From assembly GCA_034422115.1 (NCBI GenBank), contig DAOUJW010000020.1:41352-105351 (forward strand): DNA of 64,000 nucleotides, written 5' to 3'. Numbering within the stretch: position 1 is the first letter of the stretch; the number at the start of each line of letters is the position of its first letter. This DNA is from Dehalococcoidia bacterium. Lineage in GTDB: Bacteria; Chloroflexota; Dehalococcoidia; Lucifugimonadales; UBA2985. A program made the translations under genes and the position numbers. This document shows positions 1 to 8,190 of this stretch, piece after piece. Under the pieces are notes generated by a model. That model ran no database searches. It was not told the DNA's origin and was given only the letters and a program-made list of their open reading frames with translations.

Positions 1-37
1 CTGCTTATGCTTTTAGCATTTGGAAAGGAGACGACAG

Positions 38-1225
38 ATGAGTACTGGAGACATAGCCTGGCTTCTGGTCTGTTCCGCCCTGGTACTTCTTATGACGCCG
101 GGGTTGGGGCTGTTCTACGGTGGACTGGCCCGCGCCAAGAACGCGGCAGCCACCGTAATGCACAGCTTCATGACCATCGGGATTGTGGGAGTGGTGTGGG
201 TGCTGTGGGGCTACAGCCTTGCCTTTGGGCCTGACGTGGGCGGATTTATCGGCGACCTTTCCCTGTTTGGACTGGCCGGCGTAGACTCGCCCGACGATCA
301 GGTCTTCATGGTGTTCCAGGGGATGTTCGCAATCATCACCCCGGCCCTTGTGACCGGGGCCTTTGCGGAGCGGATGAAGTTCAGCGCCTTTGTGGTCTTC
401 ATTGTTCTGTGGGTGACCATTGTGTACACGCCGGTGGCCCACTGGGTGTGGGCAGAGGGCGGCTGGCTGTTTGACCTGGGCGCGCTGGACTTCGCCGGCG
501 GGACGGTTGTCCACATCAACTCTGGCGTTGCGGCTCTTGCGGCGGCCATCATATTCGGCAGGCGGCTGGGCTACGACCGCGAGCCGATGGAGCCTCACAA
601 CGTGCCAATGGTTGTCCTTGGAGCGGCGCTGCTCTGGTTCGGGTGGTTCGGGTTCAACGCCGGGAGCGCGCTGGCGGCGGATGCCACGGCCGTCAACGCC
701 TTTGTGGTTACGAACACCGCCGCTTGCGCCGGTGTCCTTGGCTGGGTGGCAATGTCCTGGATATTCGGAAAGCCGAGCGTCATAGGCGCGGCCTCTGGCG
801 CAGTTGCAGGCCTGGTGGCGATTACCCCGGCTGCCGGGTTCGTCGGGGCCATGCCCGCCATCGTAATTGGACTTGTCGCAGGCATCCTCTGCTTCAGCGC
901 ACCCCTGCTGTTGGGCAAGCTGAAGGTTGACGACTCCCTGGCGGTCTGGGGAGTCCACGGCGTGGGCGGCACCTGGGGCGCGCTGGCCACCGGCCTCTTT
1001 GTGGGCGTGGGTTACGGAGCGCTCGCAGAGGGCGTGGACCGCATGACGCAGGTGTGGTACCAGCTGATCGGAATCGGCGTAACGTGGGTGTGGGCCTTCG
1101 TAATGACGGCGATCATCCTGTTCGCCATAAAGTTCACCATCGGCCTGCGCGTGTCCGACGCTGAGGAGGAGACGGGCCTGGACATGAGCCAGCACGACGA
1201 ACCGGCCTACAGGTTTACTCAGTAA
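38..1225 (+). CDS. amtB: Ammonium transporter AmtB
   Basis: Amt motifs (DFAGGTVVH, PHN, GWFGFNAGS, HGVGG); ATG at 38 preceded by AAGGAG (25-30); followed by a P-II gene. Confidence 0.97.
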   Translation: MSTGDIAWLLVCSALVLLMTPGLGLFYGGLARAKNAAATVMHSFMTIGIVGVVWVLWGYSLAFGPDVGGFIGDLSLFGLAGVDSPDDQVFMVFQGMFAIITPALVTGAFAERMKFSAFVVFIVLWVTIVYTPVAHWVWAEGGWLFDLGALDFAGGTVVHINSGVAALAAAIIFGRRLGYDREPMEPHNVPMVVLGAALLWFGWFGFNAGSALAADATAVNAFVVTNTAACAGVLGWVAMSWIFGKPSVIGAASGAVAGLVAITPAAGFVGAMPAIVIGLVAGILCFSAPLLLGKLKVDDSLAVWGVHGVGGTWGALATGLFVGVGYGALAEGVDRMTQVWYQLIGIGVTWVWAFVMTAIILFAIKFTIGLRVSDAEEETGLDMSQHDEPAYRFTQ

Positions 1226-1335
1226 CGGACGCAATCGTTTTTGCCTGCCAATGGCCCTGGGCTTGTGGTAAACTTAGATGAGGAGACGCAGGACCGGGAG
1301 AGTCTGGCGCGCCACATATTAGGAGGAACTGACGT

Positions 1336-1677
1336 ATGAAAAGAGTAGAGGCTATTATCCGCCCGGAGAAGGTCACAGTGGTCAAGGACGCTCTGGCGGA
1401 CGCGGGCTTCGTCGGGATGAACGTAGTCTCGGTGACGGGCCGCGGCGCTCAGAAGGGCGTCGTTCACACTGGTCGAAGCGGGCAGCACGTGGTCATTGAC
1501 ATGCTGGCCAAGGCCAAGGTGGAGCTGGTGGTCAGGGACGAAGATACCGAGCAGGTGTGCCAGGTGATTATCGATACCGCCCGCACTGGGGAGATTGGCG
1601 ACGGCAAGATATTCATCAGCACCGTGGACGACGTGATACGGGTGCGCACGGGCGAGCGAGGCGAATCGGCGATTTAG
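1336..1677 (+). CDS. glnK: Nitrogen regulatory protein P-II (GlnK/GlnB)
   Basis: MKRVEAIIRPEK...GRGAQKG...TGEIGDGKIF...IRVRTGE; AGGAGG RBS; amtB-linked. The T-loop Tyr appears absent (VVHTGRSGQHVVIDML). Confidence 0.93.
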   Translation: MKRVEAIIRPEKVTVVKDALADAGFVGMNVVSVTGRGAQKGVVHTGRSGQHVVIDMLAKAKVELVVRDEDTEQVCQVIIDTARTGEIGDGKIFISTVDDVIRVRTGERGESAI

Positions 1678-1709
1678 CACCCCGCTCTGCAAACGATTCT
1701 ATGACGAAG

Positions 1710-1743
1710 ACGCCCCGGCCTGCGTGGTCGGGGCGTTCTGTTT
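1710..1743 (+). terminator. Probable intrinsic terminator after glnK
   Basis: Stem ACGCCCCGGCC / GGTCGGGGCGT (one G-U pair), 5-nt loop, followed by TCTGTTT. Confidence 0.7.
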
Positions 1744-1778
1744 AAGATACGGAAATGCTTAAGGCGTAGATGCGCCGA

Positions 1779-2063
1779 TCATATCCTGAATGCTATGGCA
1801 ATGAGCGCGCCAGTGACTCCAACGGCGCCAGTAGCCATGACGATGATCAGCGTGTTGAACTTGGCGTTCATCTCGCTGCGGAAGGCGTCTAGCTTGGCGT
1901 CTACATCGGTGCGGAAGGCGTCAAACTTGGCGTCCACGTCGGTGCGGAGGGCGTCAAACTTGGCGTCCAGGCGGGTAACGACCTCCGTCAAATCTCCAAG
2001 GCGGCTGTCCACCTGCTCGTATGCCCCTTCCAGTCTGCTAACTCGCTCTTCCATGGTCGTCAT
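1779..2063 (-). CDS. Small coiled-coil protein with 11-aa repeats and C-terminal TM anchor (DUF1640/CCDC90-like)
   Basis: Repeats DAKFDALRTDV / DAKFDAFRTDV / DAKLDAFRSEM (33-bp period), hydrophobic C-terminus, TAGACT-6nt-ATG leaderless context. Confidence 0.8.
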   Translation of the reverse strand: MTTMEERVSRLEGAYEQVDSRLGDLTEVVTRLDAKFDALRTDVDAKFDAFRTDVDAKLDAFRSEMNAKFNTLIIVMATGAVGVTGALIAIAFRI

Positions 2064-2151
2064 GAGAATAGTCTAGCATCAATGCCAATAGGCTTTCAAC
2101 ACCTTGCCTTTGGTCTAAGGCCAGTATAGGCAATGTTTCTTCAGATCCCTC

Positions 2152-3285
2152 TCAAATGAGAGTCCAAGTACCGCACCCACTCGTCTCAAACCCTGCATCT
2201 CCTGCTTCAATGGTGACTATCTGTCTGCCGCTGCCTATTTCGTTGGCAATGATTTCATCCAGACTCCCGCCAAAGCCGCTCAGGCGAGCCCAATAGCACA
2301 AGTCGCTTCCTGGCGCTGCGTAAGTCCCGGCTGTGATCTCCTCACCTACCACCCATTTACCGTCGGTAATTGCGTCTAAAGGCGTAAGTGCATCCTCTAA
2401 CGGTAGCCACCGGCCGCAACCACTTGTCTCAAACCCCGAATCTCCTGGGCCAATGGTGACTATTTGCCTGCCGCTGCTTAATTCGTTGGCAATGATTTCG
2501 TCCAGATTCCCGCCAAAGCCGCTCAGACGAGCCCAATAGCACAAATCGCTTCCTGGCGCCGCGTAAGTCCCTGGTGTTATTTCGGTACCCACAATCCAGG
2601 TTCCATCACCATAGCCTGGCTCCGGTGTAGGGATAGGGGTAGGAACAGAGGTAGGCGTGTCCGTCGGCACAGGAGTCGCAGTGGGCGTGTCCGTCGGCAT
2701 GGGGGGGTCGGTGGGTGTAGCCACTGGCGCTAGTGTATCATCGGGTGTAGCCATCGGCATTGGTGTGTCAACTGGTGCGGTCGTCGGCGAGATCGTTGCA
2801 ACCGACTTTTGACACTCTCGGAGGTTTATAGTACCCAAGATATAATTGCCCACCCTGCAAGTTGCAGTAAACTCTTGGTCCTTCTCCGCTCTTGCCTGTT
2901 CTTCCACAGGCAGGTCATGTAGAGCAATGTATTCAAGGAATAACCCTCCCAAAGTGCGATAGGAATCTAAATCAACAACGAGCCTCACTTCTCCCCCGTC
3001 TATCTCCCCAACAAGGCCCGTTATTGTTATCAATTTCCCCTGGTAATTCAGGTCATAGCGCGACGCGTTAGCTTCCCGTTCCTGATATAGCCTCTCAGCG
3101 CTTATAGATGGAGGAAGGTCAGGAGTTGGGGCAGCAACATCTGTCGCCGTAGGTGCTAGAGTTTCAGTAGGCGAGGCTGGCTGTACCGCGGTATCTGCGC
3201 TGGAGCACGCTGCAATGAGCAACATTAGTCCAAGCAGCGTGGAAATCAAAAACCAAGTTCCGACCGTTGACTTTGTCAACTGCAT
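2152..3285 (-). CDS. Accessory lipoprotein: OB-fold-like domain, Pro/Thr linker, two tandem ~81-aa Cys-containing domains
   Basis: Lipobox LIAAC; AAGGAGG RBS; PT-rich linker; two copies of GxWxVGxEITxGTYAAPGSDLCYWARLSGFGG...FETSGCG (243-bp period); AT-richer than the flanks. Confidence 0.85.
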   Translation of the reverse strand: MQLTKSTVGTWFLISTLLGLMLLIAACSSADTAVQPASPTETLAPTATDVAAPTPDLPPSISAERLYQEREANASRYDLNYQGKLITITGLVGEIDGGEVRLVVDLDSYRTLGGLFLEYIALHDLPVEEQARAEKDQEFTATCRVGNYILGTINLRECQKSVATISPTTAPVDTPMPMATPDDTLAPVATPTDPPMPTDTPTATPVPTDTPTSVPTPIPTPEPGYGDGTWIVGTEITPGTYAAPGSDLCYWARLSGFGGNLDEIIANELSSGRQIVTIGPGDSGFETSGCGRWLPLEDALTPLDAITDGKWVVGEEITAGTYAAPGSDLCYWARLSGFGGSLDEIIANEIGSGRQIVTIEAGDAGFETSGCGTWTLI

Positions 3286-3425
3286 GGGCGCCTCCTTGTG
3301 GCAAGGACTTTGGGCGCTTAGCAGTCATCCGCAATCCGGCGTGAGCCGCAAGGAGGCACAGGAATGCCCTGTCCTCGTCAATACTCACGCCTTTAGTGCT
3401 GAGTAGCGGTGACTGCTAAGTCACC
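3286..3425 (-). promoter_or_regulatory. Candidate structured 5' leader with anti-SD
   Basis: Nested inverted repeats 3317-3327/3410-3420 and 3338-3345/3384-3391, and a competing pair 3290-3302/3345-3357 covering the SD; TTGACA (3453-3458) with TAGGTT 18 bp downstream on the minus strand. Confidence 0.5.
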
Positions 3426-3561
3426 GATAACCTACCATCGAATTGGAGTTGGTGTCAATGAAATTCCCCTGCCACTTGCTGTCGGGGCGTTCTGTATCAA
3501 GAACGCGCCAGCGTCCTGTATAATGGGCGCAAGACACAACTCTGGATCAGGAGAACCCCCT

Positions 3562-3903
3562 ATGCGCTGGGTAATTAGGTCGAAGATACACAAGGCCACG
3601 GTCACCGAGGCCAACCTGGACTACGTGGGCAGCATCACCATCGACGAGGACCTGATTGACCTGACCGGCCTGTGGCCCGGGGAGAAGGTGTTGATAGCGG
3701 ACAACACCAACGGCGCAAGGCTGGAGACCTACGTGATTGTGGGCGATAGGGGTTCAGGCATCATCAGGATGAACGGGGCCTCCGCGCACCTTGTGAACGT
3801 TGGGGACGAGCTCATAATTATGGGCTATGAGCTGACGGACGTTCCCATTGAGGCGAAGAAGATCCTGGTGGACAAGCAGAACAGGTTTGTGCAGTACCTG
3901 TAG
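3562..3903 (+). CDS. panD: Aspartate 1-decarboxylase
   Basis: [22 protein letters not shown] with the G-S autocleavage site; NGARLETY; ATG at 3562 after GGAG. Confidence 0.95.
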   Translation: MRWVIRSKIHKATVTEANLDYVGSITIDEDLIDLTGLWPGEKVLIADNTNGARLETYVIVGDRGSGIIRMNGASAHLVNVGDELIIMGYELTDVPIEAKKILVDKQNRFVQYL

Positions 3904-3912
3904 TCGCTAACC

Positions 3913-4204
3913 ACTCCCGCGCAGGCGGGAGTCCACAATCCGCCCCCTGGATTCCTGCCTGCGGAGACCTTTGAACAATCCTAAATCCCTTCCCCAGCTT
4001 GCGGGGGAAGGTCAGGATGGGGGCAAAAAAGAGGCGTGTTCCCGCACGGCTCACCCCCATCTCAATCTTCCCCCTTCAAGGGGGAAGAGGTTTAGCTAAG
4101 GTCTCCCTGCGCATGAATGGTGCGGAAGCAGGGCCAGCCCCTGCGAGGGCATGTGTCTACTGCTGGAGTAATTGGGGTACTGGATTCCTGCCTGTGCAGG
4201 AATG
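3913..4204. repeat. REP cluster (ATTCCTGC..GCAGGAAT family) with a nested MITE
   Basis: Palindromes at 3913-3932, 3948-3962 (interrupted, resumes at 4111) and 4182-4204 between the convergent panD and pntB. Confidence 0.8.
3963..4106. mobile_element. 144-bp MITE with 9-bp TIR GGAGACCTT and 4-bp TSD CTGC
   Basis: GGAGACCTT (3963-3971) / AAGGTCTCC (4098-4106); CTGC at 3959-3962 and 4107-4110; removing the element restores a REP nearly identical to 34710-34735. Confidence 0.75.
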
Positions 4205-4220
4205 GGGGAAGGGGAGGGCC

Positions 4221-5636
4221 TTACGCCTCTTTGACGGCGTTGACCAGGTTGACCAGAGCGCGCCGTGCGTCGTCGAAGAGCATGCGGGTCTTGGGGTTGT
4301 AGAAGAGCGGGTTGTCTATGCCCGCGAACCCGGGACTGAGGCTCCGCTTGATGAATATCACGTTCCTGGCCCTGTCCACGTTGAGAATGGGCATTCCGTA
4401 GATGGGGCTGTCCGGCACGTCCCGGGCCACCGGATTCGTCACGTCGTTGGCGCCCACCACCACGGCCACATCCGTCCTCTCGAACTCGTCGTTGATGTCC
4501 TCCATAGGGAAGAGCTGGTCGTATGGCACATCGGCCTCGGCCAGGAGCACGTTCATGTGCCCCGGCATCCTTCCGGCTACGGGGTGTATGGCGTGCTTGG
4601 TCTCGACGCCCCGGGCCTGGAGCAGGTCTGCCAGCTCTCGCACGTGGTGCTGAGCCTGGGCCGCGGCCAGCCCGTAGCCGGGCACGAAGATGACGGACTT
4701 GGCGTAGGCCAGTACGATAGCTGCGTCCTCCGCGGAGGTGGACTGGGCCTGCCGCCCGTCGGCAGCATCGCCGCCGACCGCCGCCACCTCTGCGCCGAAG
4801 GCACCGAAGATCACGTTCCATATCGAGCGGTTCATGGCCTGGCACATTATCGTTGTCAGAATGAGGCCGGAGGCCCCCACCAGTGAGCCGCTGACTATCA
4901 GGATGAGGTTGTCCAGCACAAAGCCCGCGGCCGCGGCCGCAAGGCCGGAGTAGGAGTTGAGCAGGGCGATGACAACCGGCATGTCCGCCCCGCCGATGGG
5001 CATTACCAGGAGCACGCCCAGCAGCAGGGAGACGACTATCATCGCTATGAAGATGGGCGAGACCTCCGCGAGGGTTGCGGACCCTCCGCCGAGCATCACC
5101 ACCATGTAGCCCCCCATGCCCAGGATGGACAGGAACAGGATGGGGTTGAGCGCCTTGATGATGATGGAGTTCACCGCACGGGAAGTGACCAGGTCCTGGA
5201 GCTTGCCAAAGGCTATGAGGCTGCCGGAGAAGGTGAGCGCGCCTATGAAGCTGCCCAGCATTATAGTTACGGAGACCTCGGTGTCGACGGCGCCGGATTC
5301 GGCGTCCAGCAGGGTGAAGAGCTCGCCGGAGGCCACAAGCGCGGACGCGCCGCCGCCCAGGCCGTTGAATATCGCCACCATCTGGGGCATGGCCGTCATC
5401 TGGATGGTCCTGGCCATGACCGCGCCAATGGCCGCGCCCACGACCATCCCGCCCGCAATGTGGACGTAGTTCAACACGTCCTGGTCGAGGAGGGTTACGA
5501 CCACGGCAATCAGCATCCCGGTCGCGCCCAGCATGTTGCCGGACCTGGCCGTGGCCGGGGAGCTAAGCCGCTTCAGCCCAAAAATGAACAGGACTGCGGC
5601 CAGCAGGTATGCAACGTAGATGGCGTTCTGGTCCAT
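4221..5636 (-). CDS. pntB: NAD(P) transhydrogenase subunit beta
   Basis: GGADMPVVIALLNSYSG, HPVAGRMPGHMNVLLAEA, GANDVTNP motifs. Confidence 0.97.
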   Translation of the reverse strand: MDQNAIYVAYLLAAVLFIFGLKRLSSPATARSGNMLGATGMLIAVVVTLLDQDVLNYVHIAGGMVVGAAIGAVMARTIQMTAMPQMVAIFNGLGGGASALVASGELFTLLDAESGAVDTEVSVTIMLGSFIGALTFSGSLIAFGKLQDLVTSRAVNSIIIKALNPILFLSILGMGGYMVVMLGGGSATLAEVSPIFIAMIVVSLLLGVLLVMPIGGADMPVVIALLNSYSGLAAAAAGFVLDNLILIVSGSLVGASGLILTTIMCQAMNRSIWNVIFGAFGAEVAAVGGDAADGRQAQSTSAEDAAIVLAYAKSVIFVPGYGLAAAQAQHHVRELADLLQARGVETKHAIHPVAGRMPGHMNVLLAEADVPYDQLFPMEDINDEFERTDVAVVVGANDVTNPVARDVPDSPIYGMPILNVDRARNVIFIKRSLSPGFAGIDNPLFYNPKTRMLFDDARRALVNLVNAVKEA

Positions 5637-5938
5637 CAGCTAGGCTCGTCCCTTCGGCGTCTGAACATCTGGAGCATCCGGTCTGTGACCATGAAGCCGC
5701 CCACGACGTTAATGGTTGCCAGGGCGACCGCGACTATTCCTAGAATCGTGCTAACCAGCGGCGCGCCGTCGTTGCCTGCAACCAGCAGAGCGCCAATGAG
5801 CACAATGCCGGATATGGCGTTGGAGCCGGACATCAGGGGCGTGTGGAGAATGGGCGGGACCTTGGTGATGACCTCGAATCCCACCAGCACGGCCAGCACG
5901 AACACGTATAGGGAGAACAGCAGTGTAATTTCGGTCAT
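5636..5938 (-). CDS. pntAB: NAD(P) transhydrogenase subunit alpha part 2
   Basis: KVPPILHTPLMSGSNAISG, INVVGGFMVTDRMLQMF. Confidence 0.96.
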   Translation of the reverse strand: MTEITLLFSLYVFVLAVLVGFEVITKVPPILHTPLMSGSNAISGIVLIGALLVAGNDGAPLVSTILGIVAVALATINVVGGFMVTDRMLQMFRRRRDEPS

Positions 5939-5968
5939 GCCTGTTACCTCACTCCCGTTTCTTCGTTG

Positions 5969-6109
5969 GAAACCTCTGAAGTACTGTCGTTCCTGCGAAA
6001 GCAGGAACCTCTACCATTTGCCTTTAGATTCCTGCTTCCGCAGGAATGACGGGAGGGAGAGTAGGAATGGCGGGTTCGCGGAAAGGCGTATAGGTCATTT
6101 AGAGGTTTC
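5969..6109. mobile_element. MITE-like element enclosing a REP doublet
   Basis: Ends GAAACCTCTGAA / TTTAGAGGTTTC (11/12 inverted); internal inverted REP pair 5986-6051; flanks GTTG/ATTG (imperfect). Confidence 0.6.
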
Positions 6110-6133
6110 ATTGATTTCAACTTTCGCGGTCGG

Positions 6134-7255
6134 TCAGGACGACCTGGCTGGGCCGTAGACTATCTCTCCGTTGTTGGTTATGCAGCAGCCCTGGACTATC
6201 GAGTCTTCAAAGTCCAGGTTCAACTCCCCGTCCTTCACCAGGTGCGTGAGCAGGTTGTAGATGTTCCGGGAGTACATCTGGCTGGCGTGGACGGGCATGG
6301 TGCTTGGCAGATTCAGGGGCCCGTGGATAGTGACGCCGTGCTTGACGACCTCCGCGCCGGGCTCCGTCAGCTCACAGTTGCCGCCGGTCTCGGCAGCCAG
6401 GTCCATAATGATCGCGCCCGCCTTCATGTCCTTCACCATGTCCTCGGTTATCAGCAGGGGAGCAGGCCTCCCTGGAATCAGGGCCGTGGTGATGATGAAG
6501 TCTGCGTCCCTGGCGTGGGTGTGGATAAGCTCACGCTCCTTGCGCTGGGTCTCCTCAGCAAGCTCTGTGGCGTAGCCCCCGGCGTCCTCCACGTGGGCCT
6601 CCTCCGCCATGCCGACAAAGGTCGCCCCCAGGCTCTCCACCTGCTCCTTGACCACCGGCCGCACGTCGAAGGCCTGCATAACCGCGCCAAGACGACGCGC
6701 AGTCGCAATCGCCTGTAACCCGGCGACACCGGCGCCCAGCACCAGGCCCTTGGCCGGCGCGTATGTCCCGGCGGCGGTAATCATCATCGGAAAGTATTTG
6801 CCCATCGAGTTGGCGGCGATGAGCACGGCCTTGTAGCCGGCGAGGGAACTCATTGAGGAGAGGGCATCCATGCTCTGCGCCCTGGCGATGCGGGGAACGG
6901 TGTCCATGCTGAAGCCGGTTATCCTTCTCTCCGCCAGCTCATTCACGAGATCCGTGTTGGTGAGCGGCTGGAGAAAGGCGATGATGGCCGATCCCTCCCG
7001 CATCATGCCCACTTCATCCAGGGAAGGGCCTTGCACCTTCAGTACCATGTCCGCGCCGCCCAGGAGCGAGGCCGCGTCCGGCGCAATGGTGGCCCCTGCG
7101 CCCGTGTAAGTCTCGTCTGTGTAGAACGATTCCTCTCCCGCCCCGGCCTGCACCGCCACTTCCATCCCCGCACCCACCAGCCTGCCGACCATGTCGGGGG
7201 TCAAAGCCACACGCCGCTCGCCGGCTGTGGTCTCTTTGGGAATGCCTACTTTCAT
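6134..7255 (-). CDS. pntAA: NAD(P) transhydrogenase subunit alpha part 1
   Basis: MKVGIPKET..GERRVALTP, AQSMDALSSMS, GAGVAGLQAIATARRLGA, DLAAETGGNCE. Confidence 0.97.
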   Translation of the reverse strand: MKVGIPKETTAGERRVALTPDMVGRLVGAGMEVAVQAGAGEESFYTDETYTGAGATIAPDAASLLGGADMVLKVQGPSLDEVGMMREGSAIIAFLQPLTNTDLVNELAERRITGFSMDTVPRIARAQSMDALSSMSSLAGYKAVLIAANSMGKYFPMMITAAGTYAPAKGLVLGAGVAGLQAIATARRLGAVMQAFDVRPVVKEQVESLGATFVGMAEEAHVEDAGGYATELAEETQRKERELIHTHARDADFIITTALIPGRPAPLLITEDMVKDMKAGAIIMDLAAETGGNCELTEPGAEVVKHGVTIHGPLNLPSTMPVHASQMYSRNIYNLLTHLVKDGELNLDFEDSIVQGCCITNNGEIVYGPARSS

Positions 7256-7371
7256 CTGTTCTTCAGTCCTGGTATTTGCTCACCGTCGAGAGCGCCAAAG
7301 GCTTTTCTTGTCAGTGCAATCGCCGTGAAATCTGTTGTGGTTTGATTTGCTACTTACGAATCGCCTATGCA

Positions 7372-7400
7372 AGTATATCCAGACGCTATTGTTCCGTCAA
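7372..7400 (-). promoter_or_regulatory. sigma70 promoter of the pnt operon
   Basis: TTGACG-17-TATACT on the minus strand. Confidence 0.65.
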
Positions 7401-7520
7401 CAAGGATGTGTGGAGGCTGCAAGGTGGGTCCCAATTATGGGTTGATACCGCTCGCCCGAGCCTGTCGAGCGGTCAACCCGAGCGGATTGGGGTACGCCCA
7501 TAGACTTACTCAGACATCCC

Positions 7521-8135
7521 TCAGTACGCCAGCTTCAGGTTTCCAACAAACAATAGCATAATGAGTATTGATATTGGAGCAAGAACAAAGGGCATCAAGA
7601 ATGCCAAACCGTGAACTATTCTCCTCATTGGTTCATCATTCCGCCCCCAGGATCTTTTGAGAATTCGGGCTCCAGATAGAAAGCAAGCCATCCACATCAT
7701 CAGGGAAACAACCAATGGCGCTAAGTACTCAAACAGCACGCGATTCCAATCGCCACGATTCATAAAGAATTCACGGCTCTCCGGCTCGCCGATGCCGTAA
7801 ATTGTGATAAGTATCCAGGTTGAAATTGGGGCGAAGAACCAGGCAAACATTACTGTTATGTAGGCGATAGTCGTATAACCAGGTGAGTAGGAACCTGAAC
7901 GCAACCTGTTCTAAAGACATATGCTCGGCATGAAGAATGCAAGAGAGGCCGCGAATCCGAGCAACCCATAACCTATGGGCTCTAGTCCCCTTTTGTTGGC
8001 GGCTACGCCACAGGCAATGGCTGAGAATGGCGACCACAGGACACCTATTACGAAAATAAACCACGCGATGATGGAAAACGGGACTGCCAAGTTCCATATC
8101 TCAAGGTAAAGCGGCAAATCCGAAGGAGCATCCAT
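7521..8135 (-). pseudogene. Membrane protein gene split by one in-frame TAG (7911-7913)
   Basis: ORFs 7911-8135 and 7521-7904 are in the same frame (...FFMPSICL*NRLRSG...); both are hydrophobic and AT-richer. Confidence 0.6.
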
Positions 8136-8190
8136 CTATTGATGTCCTGCTTTCCGATTGGGCGATGGTCTCCCGGAATGAGGTCTTCGC

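Noticed and set aside
5-1234. Long antisense and alternate-frame ORFs (e.g. 5-1234, 3999-4886, 14714-15622, 41727-44261, 48321-49718)
   Set aside because: They are shadows of well-supported genes on the opposite strand or frame, expected in high-GC DNA, and carry no family motifs.
7441-7477. Integron attC-like hairpin
   Set aside because: It lacks RYYYAAC/GTTRRRY boxes and is a degenerate family-B REP; no integron integrase is present.
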